From: Bacteroidales bacterium
Lineage (GTDB): Bacteria; Bacteroidota; Bacteroidia; Bacteroidales; VadinHA17
NCBI GenBank assembly: GCA_009877105.1
Contig: WXFD01000006.1
Span: 155,292-219,291, forward strand
Direction of reading: 5' to 3'
Length of the DNA: 64,000 nucleotides
Below the pieces are notes generated by a model. It saw nothing but the letters and a program-made list of their open reading frames with translations. It did not search any database and was not told the DNA's origin. This document shows positions 19,412-28,236 of the stretch, in pieces. A program made the position numbers and the translations under genes. The number at the start of each line of letters is the position of its first letter. Positions within the stretch are counted from its first letter, which is position 1.

Positions 19412-20046
19412 TCTTCAACACCGCCGGTGTTGAAGCATCACAATCCTGCCCTTACCATGGATGTGACCATGGATATTGGGCTTGCAGACCTCCGGTCTGC
19501 CGGGGATTACCTGCTATCTCTCCTGATATATACTAAGGCAATGGTCTTACTGACATTCAGCCTGGATACTTGATTAATTCCGGATGCAAATGATACCACC
19601 AATGTCATTGGACTTGCAGACCTCCGGTCTGCCGGAGATTACCTGCTGTCTCTCCGATGCATGCCAAGTCAATGGACTTACTGACATTCAGCCTGGATAC
19701 TTGATTAATTCCGGATGCAACTGATACCACCAATGTCATTGGACTTGCAGACCTCCGGTCTGCCGGGGATACCTGCTGACTCTCCTGATATATGCTAAGG
19801 CAATGGACTTATCGACATTCAGCCTGGATAACCGCTTGAAATATAAATCGCCAATTAAAATTGTCATCGCTATCCTCCCAGCAATCGGGGATGAAGATTG
19901 TAAGCTTCCCGAAAGCTCAGGATCCGCGGGAATATTCGCAGCAGGAGTGCAACATTGATTTCAACCCGGAGGGTTTGCAAGTCCAATGTCCGCGGTAACA
20001 TCCGCGGCAGAACAGTCGTAACCCTGTCAATCCCGGAGGGATTGAA
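19412..20046 (+). repeat. 635-bp repeat block L (palindromic head + 131-bp tandem array + hairpin-rich tail)
   Basis: Aligns base for base with 20557..21190, with scattered substitutions. The head is the 23-nt perfect palindrome cttcaacaccgCcggtgttgaag (19413-19435). Confidence 0.9.
19476..19830 (+). repeat. tandem repeat, about 131-132 bp unit, about 2.7 copies
   Basis: Units start at 19476, 19608 and 19739 (ttggRcttgcagacctccggtctgccgg...). The third unit breaks off after cagcctggata. Confidence 0.9.
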
Positions 20047-20100
20047 GGCCTTATTTGAAAATTATTTTGTATTTTTATTCCCGTGCTAAATGTGGAAAAT

Positions 20101-20553
20101 ATGTCTACTTATACCCAATTCCTTTATCAGCTGGTCTTCGGCAGCAAAGACCATATCCCATTTCTTTCTTTACAAAATAAAGAAATCCTCTTCGCCTATA
20201 TTGCTGGTATTCTTAAAAAGAAATCCTGCCACTCTTACATAGTTGGCGGAGCTGTCAATCATATCCATATTATCACGCATATCCATCCCACAGCCTGTCC
20301 GGCATATCTGATAAAAGATGTAAAGGAGGCAACCCATGCACTTATCCTCAGGGAACGATCCTTGTTTTGTAATTTTTCTGGCTGGCAGGTGGGTTACAGT
20401 GGATTCACCTACCATATTTCAAGCAAAAACGCATTAAACAGGTATGTTCAAAACCAGGAGGAACATCATAAAAGAATTGCTTTCAAGGATGAATTGATCA
20501 GCCTCTTGAACGAGAATAATGTTGATTACAAGGAGGAGTATTTGTTTATCTAG
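20101..20553 (+). CDS. tnpA: Y1 HUH transposase (IS200-like TnpA / REP-associated tyrosine transposase-like)
   Basis: 150 aa from MSTYTQFLYQLVF. HIHIITH is an HUH motif. WQVGYSGFTY...RYVQNQEEHHK is the C-terminal Tyr/Q region typical of this family in Bacteroidota. Confidence 0.85.
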   Translation: MSTYTQFLYQLVFGSKDHIPFLSLQNKEILFAYIAGILKKKSCHSYIVGGAVNHIHIITHIHPTACPAYLIKDVKEATHALILRERSLFCNFSGWQVGYSGFTYHISSKNALNRYVQNQEEHHKRIAFKDELISLLNENNVDYKEEYLFI

Positions 20554-20556
20554 TGT

Positions 20557-21190
20557 TCTTCAACACCGCCGGTGTTGAAGCATCACAATCCTGCCCTTAC
20601 CATGGATGTGACCATGGATATTGGGCTTGCAGACCTCCGGTCTGCCGGGGATACTTGCTGACTCTCCGATGCATGCCAAGTCAATGGACTTACTGACATT
20701 CAGCCTGGATACTTGATTAATTCCAAATGCAACTGATATGACCAATGTCATTGGACTTGCAGACTTCCGGTCTGCCGGAGATACCTGTTGTCTCTCCAGA
20801 TGTATGCTAAGGCAATGGACTTATTGACATTCAGCATGAATACTTGATTAATTCCGGATGCAACTGATATGACCAATGTCATTGGACTTGTAAACCTCCG
20901 GTCTGTCGGGGATGACCTGCTGTCTCTCCTGATATATGCTAAGGCAATGGACTTACCGACATTCACTATGGATAACCGCTTGAAATATAAATCGCCAATT
21001 AAAATTGTCATCGCCATCCTGCCAGCAATCCCGGATGAAGATTGCAAGCTTCCCGAAAGCTCAGGATCCGCGGGAATATCCGCAGCAGGAGCGCCATATT
21101 GATTTCAACCCGGAGGGTTTGCAAGTCCAATGTCCGCGGTAACATCCGCGGCAGAACGGTCGTACCATTGTCAATCCCGGAGGGATTGAA
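20557..21190 (+). repeat. 634-bp repeat block R (same architecture as block L)
   Basis: Begins 4 nt after the tnpA stop codon. The head palindrome lies at 20558-20580 and the block ends ...caatcccggagggattgaa. Confidence 0.9.
20621..20974 (+). repeat. tandem repeat, about 130-131 bp unit, about 2.7 copies
   Basis: Units start at 20621, 20751 and 20882. The order of unit variants differs from the array in block L. Confidence 0.9.
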
Positions 21191-21244
21191 ACATATTGTG
21201 GGCTTCAACAGGCTCTGAATTGCTATTCAGCTACATGCTGACAA

Positions 21245-21270
21245 CAAAAAAAGGGCCGTTCCCGGCCCCC
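21245..21270 (-). terminator. rho-independent terminator of the 21296..21847 gene
   Basis: On the minus strand: gggccg-ggaa-cggccc followed by TTTTTTTT. On the plus strand this reads aaaaaaaagggccgttcccggccc. It lies about 30 nt downstream of the stop. Confidence 0.7.
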
Positions 21271-21295
21271 TGTATTATCATATTAAAATTATTTA

Positions 21296-21847
21296 TCAGA
21301 ATTTCAGGGCAATGCCAAGATTTAAAACCGTCAGGCCATATCCCAGTTCAGCCATGGCTGAAAAATTATTTGTGAAATAGTACCTGGCACCAACATATTC
21401 CCTGTGAGCAATACTACTGTTTTTGTGACCATAATCACCCCAGTATTCATCATAGTATTTAGTTGATATTATATCATAGCCAAGCAATACTCCGGCGTAT
21501 GTGTCCAGTTTATCAACAAGCGGATAATGGAAATTTCCCGTTGCAGCAATTACAATTTCCGTATCCTTCCAGTAGTTAGCATATTTGGATGTTCTAAATC
21601 CCACATATGGTCCTATCCCGATTGAAGCTTTGTCGAGGTTAAAAACATTCTCAAAGAATCCTATTTCCATGTTGGCAAAAAGGTGAGGCATGTGGCTCGT
21701 ATACCATCCATAACCGATCCAATAGCTTGAACCAAGGCCCAATCCTAAATTAAGAACCTTATCTCCTTTCCCGAATGAAGGTTCTGCTGCATCAAGTGAG
21801 CCAAGGAGCAAACTTGCAACCACAAACGTCAGAATTAATTTTTTCAT
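21296..21847 (-). CDS. small outer-membrane beta-barrel protein
   Basis: Signal peptide MKKLILTFVVASLLLGSLDA, Gly/Tyr-rich alternating strands, C-terminal ...GIALKF. Confidence 0.7.
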   Translation of the reverse strand: MKKLILTFVVASLLLGSLDAAEPSFGKGDKVLNLGLGLGSSYWIGYGWYTSHMPHLFANMEIGFFENVFNLDKASIGIGPYVGFRTSKYANYWKDTEIVIAATGNFHYPLVDKLDTYAGVLLGYDIISTKYYDEYWGDYGHKNSSIAHREYVGARYYFTNNFSAMAELGYGLTVLNLGIALKF

Positions 21848-22137
21848 AGCTTTAGCATTTTACACATTAATTTATTATGTTATATAACAATCATTTTACT
21901 GATTTGTTCCGCAAATCGTTAAAATTCCGTTCAACAATTATGCATTACAGATAAATCCCCGGATGTATTTACTTATGTAAATATCTTATTACCAGAACTT
22001 ATACATGGTATAAAAATATACATTTTAATTGTATACCCGGTACTGCAGTGCAGGATTTTTACGGATTCATGAAATCAGATGACAAACATGTCCCGGTGAG
22101 GTTTCAATACATCCAGGACTGTGATGAACTCAATCCG

Positions 22138-22851
22138 TCAGGAAACTTTGAAAATAAGAAACATTATTGCCGCACATAAGGCTCCGGTTACCGGTCCCAG
22201 AACAGGAACCCAGGAGTATCCCCAGTCGCTGTTTCCTTTATTCTGGATCGGCAGTAAGAAATGCATTATCCTTGGACCCAGGTCACGTGCCGGATTAATT
22301 GCATATCCTGTTGGTCCCCCCAGCGAAAGGCCAATTCCAAGGACCACCAGGGCTACCGGCAGTGCATTTAGTGCACCAAGACCCACTTCCGGCTCAGCCA
22401 TATAAAGAACCGCCAGCGAAAGGACATAGGTCCCGATTATCTCTGTTATTACATTGTACCAATAGCTTCTTATATTTGGGATGGTGCAGAAGACCGCGAG
22501 CTTTGCACCGGCATCATCGGTTGTGTCGAAATGCTTCTTGTAGGCAAGCCAGGCCAGGGAGGATCCGAACATTGCTCCAAGTACCTGCGCAAGGATATAT
22601 GTTGGGGCCATGCTCCACGAAAATTTATGGGCAACAGCCAGTGCAATTGTAATTGCCGGATTAAGATGGGCCCCGCTGAACGGAGCTGAGATCAGCACAC
22701 CGGTAAACACTCCGATCGCCCAGCCGAAGGTAATGACGATCCAGCCGCTGTTGTTGCCCTTGGTTTTACTTAACAGAACGTTGGCAACTACTCCGCTCCC
22801 AAACACAAGGATTATGGCGGTTCCAAAAAATTCAGCAAAAAAAGCGTTCAT
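22138..22851 (-). CDS. glpF: MIP-family glycerol uptake facilitator (aquaglyceroporin)
   Basis: Two NPA boxes (HLNPAITIA and INPARDLGPR), six TM segments, and adjacent to glpK. Confidence 0.9.
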   Translation of the reverse strand: MNAFFAEFFGTAIILVFGSGVVANVLLSKTKGNNSGWIVITFGWAIGVFTGVLISAPFSGAHLNPAITIALAVAHKFSWSMAPTYILAQVLGAMFGSSLAWLAYKKHFDTTDDAGAKLAVFCTIPNIRSYWYNVITEIIGTYVLSLAVLYMAEPEVGLGALNALPVALVVLGIGLSLGGPTGYAINPARDLGPRIMHFLLPIQNKGNSDWGYSWVPVLGPVTGALCAAIMFLIFKVS

Positions 22852-22955
22852 GAAAATTCCTTTTTACTTGGATACTTTAAGTTGAAGCGAATCCCTTTGG
22901 GGGTCATATTCAATTCAGGGCAGCTCCCCGGTTATCCGGTTTCTGCTTTTTTCCT

Positions 22956-24461
22956 TTAATCTTTCTGCTGGTATCCCTCCGCCCAGGCTTCAGCTGCTTT
23001 AACAGCTCTTATCCATCCACTAACCAGCAACTCAATTTCTTTATCATGCATCACGGGCAGGAATTCCCTGTCAGGCTGCCATTGATTCTTCAAATCATCA
23101 ACACTGTCCCAGTATTTTACAGCCAGGCCGGAAAGATAAGCTGCGCCAAGAGCAGTTGTTTCGGTAATTTTCGGGCGTACCACCCTTGTCCGGAGAATAT
23201 CCGACTGGAACTGCATGAGGGCATTATTGACAGTTGCTCCCCCGTCGACACGCAATTCCTTTATTTCGATCCCGGAATCGTGCTGCATGGCCGCCAGCAC
23301 ATCCAGTGTCTGGAAGGCGATGCTTTCCAGTGATGCCCTGGCTATGTGTGCAGAAGAGGTTCCCCTGGTTATCCCCACAAGCGTACCCCTGGCATGCTGG
23401 TTCCAGTATGGTGCTCCCAGCCCGGCAAATGCCGGAACAAAATAAACACCCCCGTTGCTTTCAACCTCAGAGGCTATTTTTTCCACTTCCGACGATCTGG
23501 AAATGATCTTCAATCCGTCGCGGAGCCACTGAACTACGGCTCCCGCAATGAATATACTGCCTTCAAGTGCATAATGGATGTCGTTCCCTATCTTCCATCC
23601 TACGGTCGCAAGAAGGCGGCTTTCAGACACAGGCGGCTTCCTGCCAGTGTTCATCATCATGAAGCATCCTGTGCCATAGGTGTTTTTAACCATTCCCGGT
23701 TCCGTACACATCTGTCCGAAAAGAGCTGCCTGCTGATCGCCGGCAATTCCTGCAACCGGTATTGCCGATTTGAACAGCCCCGAGGTCTCTCCGTAAATAT
23801 CGCTTGAGGATCTGACTTCCGGCAGAAGGCTCTCCGGAACATCAAATAACCTGAGAAGCTCCTGATCCCATTTAAGGGTATGGATATTGAACAACATGGT
23901 CCTCGATGCATTCGACACATCGGTTATATGCAGCCCGCCCCTGGTCAGATTCCAGGCAAGCCAGCTGTCGACAGTCCCGAAGGCAAGTTCGCCCTTTTCT
24001 GCAAGTTGCCTGGTTTCTTCAACATTGTCGAGTATCCATCTGACCTTTGTTGCTGAAAAATAAGCATCGATGACAAGTCCGGTCTTTTCAAGTATAACCT
24101 TTCCCAAACCCTCAGCCTTAAGCCTTTCGCAAAACTCCGCAGTCCTCCTGTCCTGCCAGACAATGGCATTATATACGGGCCTGCCGGTTCTCCTGTTCCA
24201 GATTATTGTTGTCTCCCGCTGATTGGTAATTCCTATTGCAGCAATATTGCTGCTTTCAAGCCGGGCTTTTTCCAATGCTTCGGCAGCTACACCAGCCTGG
24301 GTCGACCAGATTTCGTCGGGATCATGTTCCACCCATCCCGGCTTGGGAAATATCTGGGTAAATTCCTTTTGTGCGGAAGAAACAGGTACTCCGCTACCAT
24401 CAAAAATAATTGCCCTGGAGCTTGTCGTGCCCTGATCAAGTGAGAGTATGAATTTATTCAT
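22956..24461 (-). CDS. glpK: glycerol kinase
   Basis: [20 protein letters not shown]...WVEHDP...GITNQRETT are canonical GlpK motifs. 501 aa from the internal ATG; the tracked upstream extension is not homologous. Confidence 0.95.
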   Translation of the reverse strand: MNKFILSLDQGTTSSRAIIFDGSGVPVSSAQKEFTQIFPKPGWVEHDPDEIWSTQAGVAAEALEKARLESSNIAAIGITNQRETTIIWNRRTGRPVYNAIVWQDRRTAEFCERLKAEGLGKVILEKTGLVIDAYFSATKVRWILDNVEETRQLAEKGELAFGTVDSWLAWNLTRGGLHITDVSNASRTMLFNIHTLKWDQELLRLFDVPESLLPEVRSSSDIYGETSGLFKSAIPVAGIAGDQQAALFGQMCTEPGMVKNTYGTGCFMMMNTGRKPPVSESRLLATVGWKIGNDIHYALEGSIFIAGAVVQWLRDGLKIISRSSEVEKIASEVESNGGVYFVPAFAGLGAPYWNQHARGTLVGITRGTSSAHIARASLESIAFQTLDVLAAMQHDSGIEIKELRVDGGATVNNALMQFQSDILRTRVVRPKITETTALGAAYLSGLAVKYWDSVDDLKNQWQPDREFLPVMHDKEIELLVSGWIRAVKAAEAWAEGYQQKD

Positions 24462-24483
24462 ATGGGCAGGATTTTTTATTTTT

Positions 24484-26043
24484 TTATAAGTAACTCTCAA
24501 TAAGCTGCCCGTAGGCATTGGTCTGCTCAGTGACCCATTTCTCATCAAATCCCATTTCGCCGGCCATCAGCCTGGCTGTTTCCGGAGCCATCTCAAGGCT
24601 GGCCCTTGCATCCAGAATAAGGGCCCTGGTACGTCTGGCGAGCATATCTTCCAGCGTTAGCGGCATCTCGTTCCTGCAGATCCAGATTATCTCCGCACGG
24701 GTATATGGCAGCTTGCTGCTGATCCGTACACCCAGTTCGGGATCTTCATCTGTCATATTCTCAATCTCCTTTGCCCTGTTCCCGTAAATTTTCAGCCGTT
24801 CCGCCTTTAAAACCTGGTTATTATCGTATAATTTAAGGTTTCTGGTGACACATTTCCGGTAAGGGAGCATACCGGCTTTAATACCCCTGTCGATTGTTTC
24901 TTCTGCCATCCGCCGGTAGGAGGTCCATTTCCCTCCTACAATTGACAGAAGTCCCGACCTGGAAATGATTATCTTATGACGGCGAGATATTTCCCTGGTT
25001 GATCCCGGGTTGGCAGGATCTGCGGCAAGCGGCCGCAATCCGGCAAAAATGCACAGGATATCGTCTCTACCCGGCATTCTGACAAGATACCTGCCGGCAG
25101 TTCCTAAAATAAAATCTATTTCTGAGTCGAGGGCACGCGGCTCGCGGGATATTCTATCAAGAGGGGTATCAGTGGTGCCTGTCACCACCTTACCAAACCA
25201 TGGAATGGCAAACAGTACACGGCCGTCGTCCGTTTTCGGGATCATTAATGCTGAACGGCTCTGCAGGAAACTGCCGTCAAGCACCAGGTGTATGCCCTGG
25301 CTCGGGCGAATTGTAGGTTTTGACATCGGATCATCCATCCTGTGAATCTCATCTGCAAAAACCCCCGTGGCATTTATAACCAATCTGCCGCGGACTAAAT
25401 GCTCCTGTCCGGAAATCATGTCAGACGTCATTACCCCTGATATCCTGTTGTTCCCGTCCTTTAACAGGCCCGTTACCCTGAAATAATTAAGGGCAATCCC
25501 TCCCCTGTTGACGAAGGCATCAGCAAGAGCAATTGCCATCCTGGAATCGTCAAACTGTCCGTCATGGTAAACGATTCCCCCCTTGAGCCCTTTCGGATTG
25601 ATGAGAGGAAGCCGGCTTTTGACCTCAGGGCCTGAGATGAAATATGATCTGCCCATGCTTAACCTGCCGGCAAGGAAATCATAGAATTTCAATCCCACGG
25701 TATAGAGCATGCAATCGAACCATGTATAAGCAGGTATGATAAATTCCTGGTCTGATGTCAGGTGAGGTGCATTGTTCAGCATTAGTCCTCTCTCATGCAA
25801 TGCCTCCTTCACAAGTAGTATGTCGCCCTGTGCAAGATAACGGACCCCTCCGTGTACAAGTTTTGTGCTTCTGGAAGAGGTACCTGCGGAAAAGTCTGAC
25901 TGCTCAAACAAAATTGTTCTGTAACCCCGGGTGACAGCATCAAGGGCAATCCCCAGACCGGTGGCCCCGCCACCTATTACAATTATATCCCACTGCCGGT
26001 CATTGTTCTCCAGCAGGCTGTTCAACAGATCATTACGATTCAT
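24484..26043 (-). CDS. glpD: FAD-dependent glycerol-3-phosphate dehydrogenase
   Basis: [17 protein letters not shown] dinucleotide-binding motif, about 520 aa, located in the glpFK context. Confidence 0.9.
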   Translation of the reverse strand: MNRNDLLNSLLENNDRQWDIIVIGGGATGLGIALDAVTRGYRTILFEQSDFSAGTSSRSTKLVHGGVRYLAQGDILLVKEALHERGLMLNNAPHLTSDQEFIIPAYTWFDCMLYTVGLKFYDFLAGRLSMGRSYFISGPEVKSRLPLINPKGLKGGIVYHDGQFDDSRMAIALADAFVNRGGIALNYFRVTGLLKDGNNRISGVMTSDMISGQEHLVRGRLVINATGVFADEIHRMDDPMSKPTIRPSQGIHLVLDGSFLQSRSALMIPKTDDGRVLFAIPWFGKVVTGTTDTPLDRISREPRALDSEIDFILGTAGRYLVRMPGRDDILCIFAGLRPLAADPANPGSTREISRRHKIIISRSGLLSIVGGKWTSYRRMAEETIDRGIKAGMLPYRKCVTRNLKLYDNNQVLKAERLKIYGNRAKEIENMTDEDPELGVRISSKLPYTRAEIIWICRNEMPLTLEDMLARRTRALILDARASLEMAPETARLMAGEMGFDEKWVTEQTNAYGQLIESYL

Positions 26044-26111
26044 AATGAATAATTCCGGTCAGAGATATGCAATTTTCAATTTCCCGGATTGGATCAATCC
26101 GTTTCAGGACT

Positions 26112-27227
26112 TCAAGGTGTAATAAACTTAAGGCAAACCGGGCTCTTTGTATCAAAATTTGAAATTTGCGGTCCCGGTATTCCTGAAACCGGATCAATTT
26201 TATGAACCGAAATATTATTGGAATTCTGGTTTCCCACAAGAATGTACTTCCCTGACGGATCAATTACAAAGTTCCTTGGCCATTCCCCTCCGCAGGGTGT
26301 AAAGCCTGCTACGGAAACCCTGCCATCGGCAGATATTTTGAACGTTGTGATTGAGTTATCTCCACGGTTTGAACCATAGACAAATTTGCCGTCATTAGAA
26401 ACGTGTATGTCGCCGCAGTAGCTTTTACCGGTGAACTCCGGGGGCAGTGCTGACAGGGTCTGGATCTCGGTTAAATTTCCGTTTTTTGCAACGTCAAAAA
26501 CCGTCAGGGTGGAATTAAGCTCATTGACCACATACATTTTGGACCCGTCCTTTCCAAAGGCAAAGTGTCGTGGTCCCGCTCCCTTTGCAAGTTGAGCATA
26601 CCCGGTGTTCTTAAGCTTTCCTGAAGCCTTGTCGAGGTCATAGATTGCTATCCGGTCGAGCCCGAGATCGGTGAGATAAATCTTCTTTCCTTCAGGGCCG
26701 GGGGCTATCATGTGCGGGTGAGAGCGTGTCCCTTCAGGACCCCTGAAAATAATTGTGTCACTTACTTCCGAAGGAACACCTCCGGCATCAAGTCTGACCA
26801 CTGCCACCGAGCCGCTTCCATAATTTGCAATCAGCAGGTAGTCTTCCCCAGGTGAAAGAGAAACATAGCACGGGCCGCCGGTGGGAACTGCAAGATCTGT
26901 GATCTTTTCAGCCGTTCCTTTTTTTATGTCGAGTTTTAGTGTGGTAACACTGCCGCTTCTCTGACCATTGAATCTGCCGACCTCATTTATTGCATATAAC
27001 ATACTGTTCTTTCTGGAAATGCAGAAATATGAAGGATTGATACCGGCATCATTTTCCGAAATGGCTGCGATGGTGCCCCTGGCAAAATCAACATCGAGTA
27101 CCAGTAGTCCTTTCTCTCCCTGTCCGGCGTATTTTCCTGCATAAAGCCGCGATACCTGTCCGTCTGCTGTTCCGAAGCCGATCAACATCATTATCAGAGT
27201 AAGCAATGAATAAATCTTTCTTTCCAT
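26112..27227 (-). CDS. secreted 7-bladed beta-propeller lactonase (6-phosphogluconolactonase/YbhE-like family)
   Basis: Signal peptide, then repeated ...GxxPRHFxF.. / ..YVxNExSNTLTVF-type blades (GPRHFAFGKDG, VVNELNSTLTVF, VGNQNSNNISVH). Confidence 0.8.
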   Translation of the reverse strand: MERKIYSLLTLIMMLIGFGTADGQVSRLYAGKYAGQGEKGLLVLDVDFARGTIAAISENDAGINPSYFCISRKNSMLYAINEVGRFNGQRSGSVTTLKLDIKKGTAEKITDLAVPTGGPCYVSLSPGEDYLLIANYGSGSVAVVRLDAGGVPSEVSDTIIFRGPEGTRSHPHMIAPGPEGKKIYLTDLGLDRIAIYDLDKASGKLKNTGYAQLAKGAGPRHFAFGKDGSKMYVVNELNSTLTVFDVAKNGNLTEIQTLSALPPEFTGKSYCGDIHVSNDGKFVYGSNRGDNSITTFKISADGRVSVAGFTPCGGEWPRNFVIDPSGKYILVGNQNSNNISVHKIDPVSGIPGPQISNFDTKSPVCLKFITP

Positions 27228-27267
27228 TTTTTATTTTGTCATTTTTCCAATAGCTGGTTCCTGATTT

Positions 27268-28206
27268 TTAAAAATTGTCACAATCCCTGTAGGCCTGGAT
27301 CACCCGGGCCTCACCTTCCCTGGTTTTTTCCCTGATCCCGTGTTCCATGCATATCACTCCGTCATAATTCCTGCTGTGAATGTATTTAAACACATTTTTG
27401 TAATTGATCTCTCCCGTTCCGGGCTCGTTTCTCCCGGGGTTGTCGCCGCAATGAAAGGCGCCTATTTCATCCCAGGCTGCTTCAATGTTGGGAATAATGT
27501 TCCCTTCCGTTATCTGCTGATGGTAGATATCATTTATGATCTTGCATGATTTCCTGTTTACAGCCCTGCAGATGGCAAAGGCCTGGGGAATTCCGGTCAG
27601 GAACAATCCCGGATGGTCGTGCAGCACGTTGAGTGGTTCAAGTACTATGGTGAGTCCTGCCGGTTCAACAATATCGCAGCAATATCTCAGGTTATCAATC
27701 ACATTGGCAGTCTGGAAATCCCGGTGCAGCCTTTCGTCATAACGGCCGGGGACGACGAGTGCAAATCTGGCTCCCGTCCGCTTTGATACTTCGACGCCTT
27801 CCTTCATTTTACCGATCAGCATTTGCCTGATCTCCGGCTTGTTCAGAACGAAAGATGTTACCCCGAAATCTGCGTAGAGAACAAAGGGACCAAAATCCAT
27901 TCCAAGCCGTCTGAGTTCACCAGTCAACAATTCCTGGTCTGCAACCGGCCTGCTCATCAGTCCGTTGTCAAACATGGCCCTGAAGCCCATATCATGACAG
28001 AACTTAATATTGTCGATAATATCTGTACCGGCATGTTCCCTGAACATGCCGATTGAGGGAGCATATTTGAGCTTAAAGGGAGCAACGGCCTCAGGGGCTT
28101 TTTTCGCGGCCTGTTTTTTCTGGCTGCCCGACAGAACAGGAGCTGCCATTATGGCGGCTCCTGTCGCAGTTGCCTTCTTAATGAAATCCCTTCTTGAATT
28201 ATCCAT
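27268..28206 (-). CDS. xylose-isomerase-like TIM-barrel protein (sugar phosphate isomerase/epimerase family) with Tat-type signal
   Basis: MDNSRRDFIKKATATGAAIMAAP is a twin-arginine signal. The barrel pattern resembles hydroxypyruvate isomerase. Confidence 0.8.
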   Translation of the reverse strand: MDNSRRDFIKKATATGAAIMAAPVLSGSQKKQAAKKAPEAVAPFKLKYAPSIGMFREHAGTDIIDNIKFCHDMGFRAMFDNGLMSRPVADQELLTGELRRLGMDFGPFVLYADFGVTSFVLNKPEIRQMLIGKMKEGVEVSKRTGARFALVVPGRYDERLHRDFQTANVIDNLRYCCDIVEPAGLTIVLEPLNVLHDHPGLFLTGIPQAFAICRAVNRKSCKIINDIYHQQITEGNIIPNIEAAWDEIGAFHCGDNPGRNEPGTGEINYKNVFKYIHSRNYDGVICMEHGIREKTREGEARVIQAYRDCDNF

Positions 28207-28236
28207 ATACGATGCATTTACTGTTCACTGAAAATC

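Larger units (their letters stand above)
19412..21190 (+). mobile_element. IS200/IS605-family or RAYT-type element: Y1 transposase gene inside 1.55 copies of a 1145-bp repeat
   Basis: Block 19412..20046 and block 20557..21190 are direct repeats offset by 1145/1144 bp. The only ORF with a protein signature between them is the HUH transposase. Confidence 0.75.

Noticed and set aside
19412-21190. A diversity-generating retroelement (template/variable repeat pair), suggested by the two near-identical blocks with scattered differences.
   Set aside because: There is no reverse transcriptase in the window. The differences are not adenine-specific. Neither block lies in the 3' end of a target gene.
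20015-21192. Possible CRISPR array: a 34-nt hairpin repeat ending ATTGAAAC occurs twice.
   Set aside because: There are only two copies, 1144 bp apart. Each is simply the end of the larger 635-bp duplicated block, and the interval between them contains a transposase gene. No cas genes are present in the window. The repeat is kept only as a resemblance noted in a finding.
20560-21208. Minus- and plus-strand ORFs inside the repeat blocks: 20560..20751, 20748..21047, 20869..21102 and 21008..21208, plus 19285..19536 on the left.
   Set aside because: Their peptide repeats (MTLVISVA...GINQV...) simply mirror the 131-bp DNA tandem repeat. The frames differ between the two blocks, and no protein motif is present. 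I treat them as non-coding repeat sequence.
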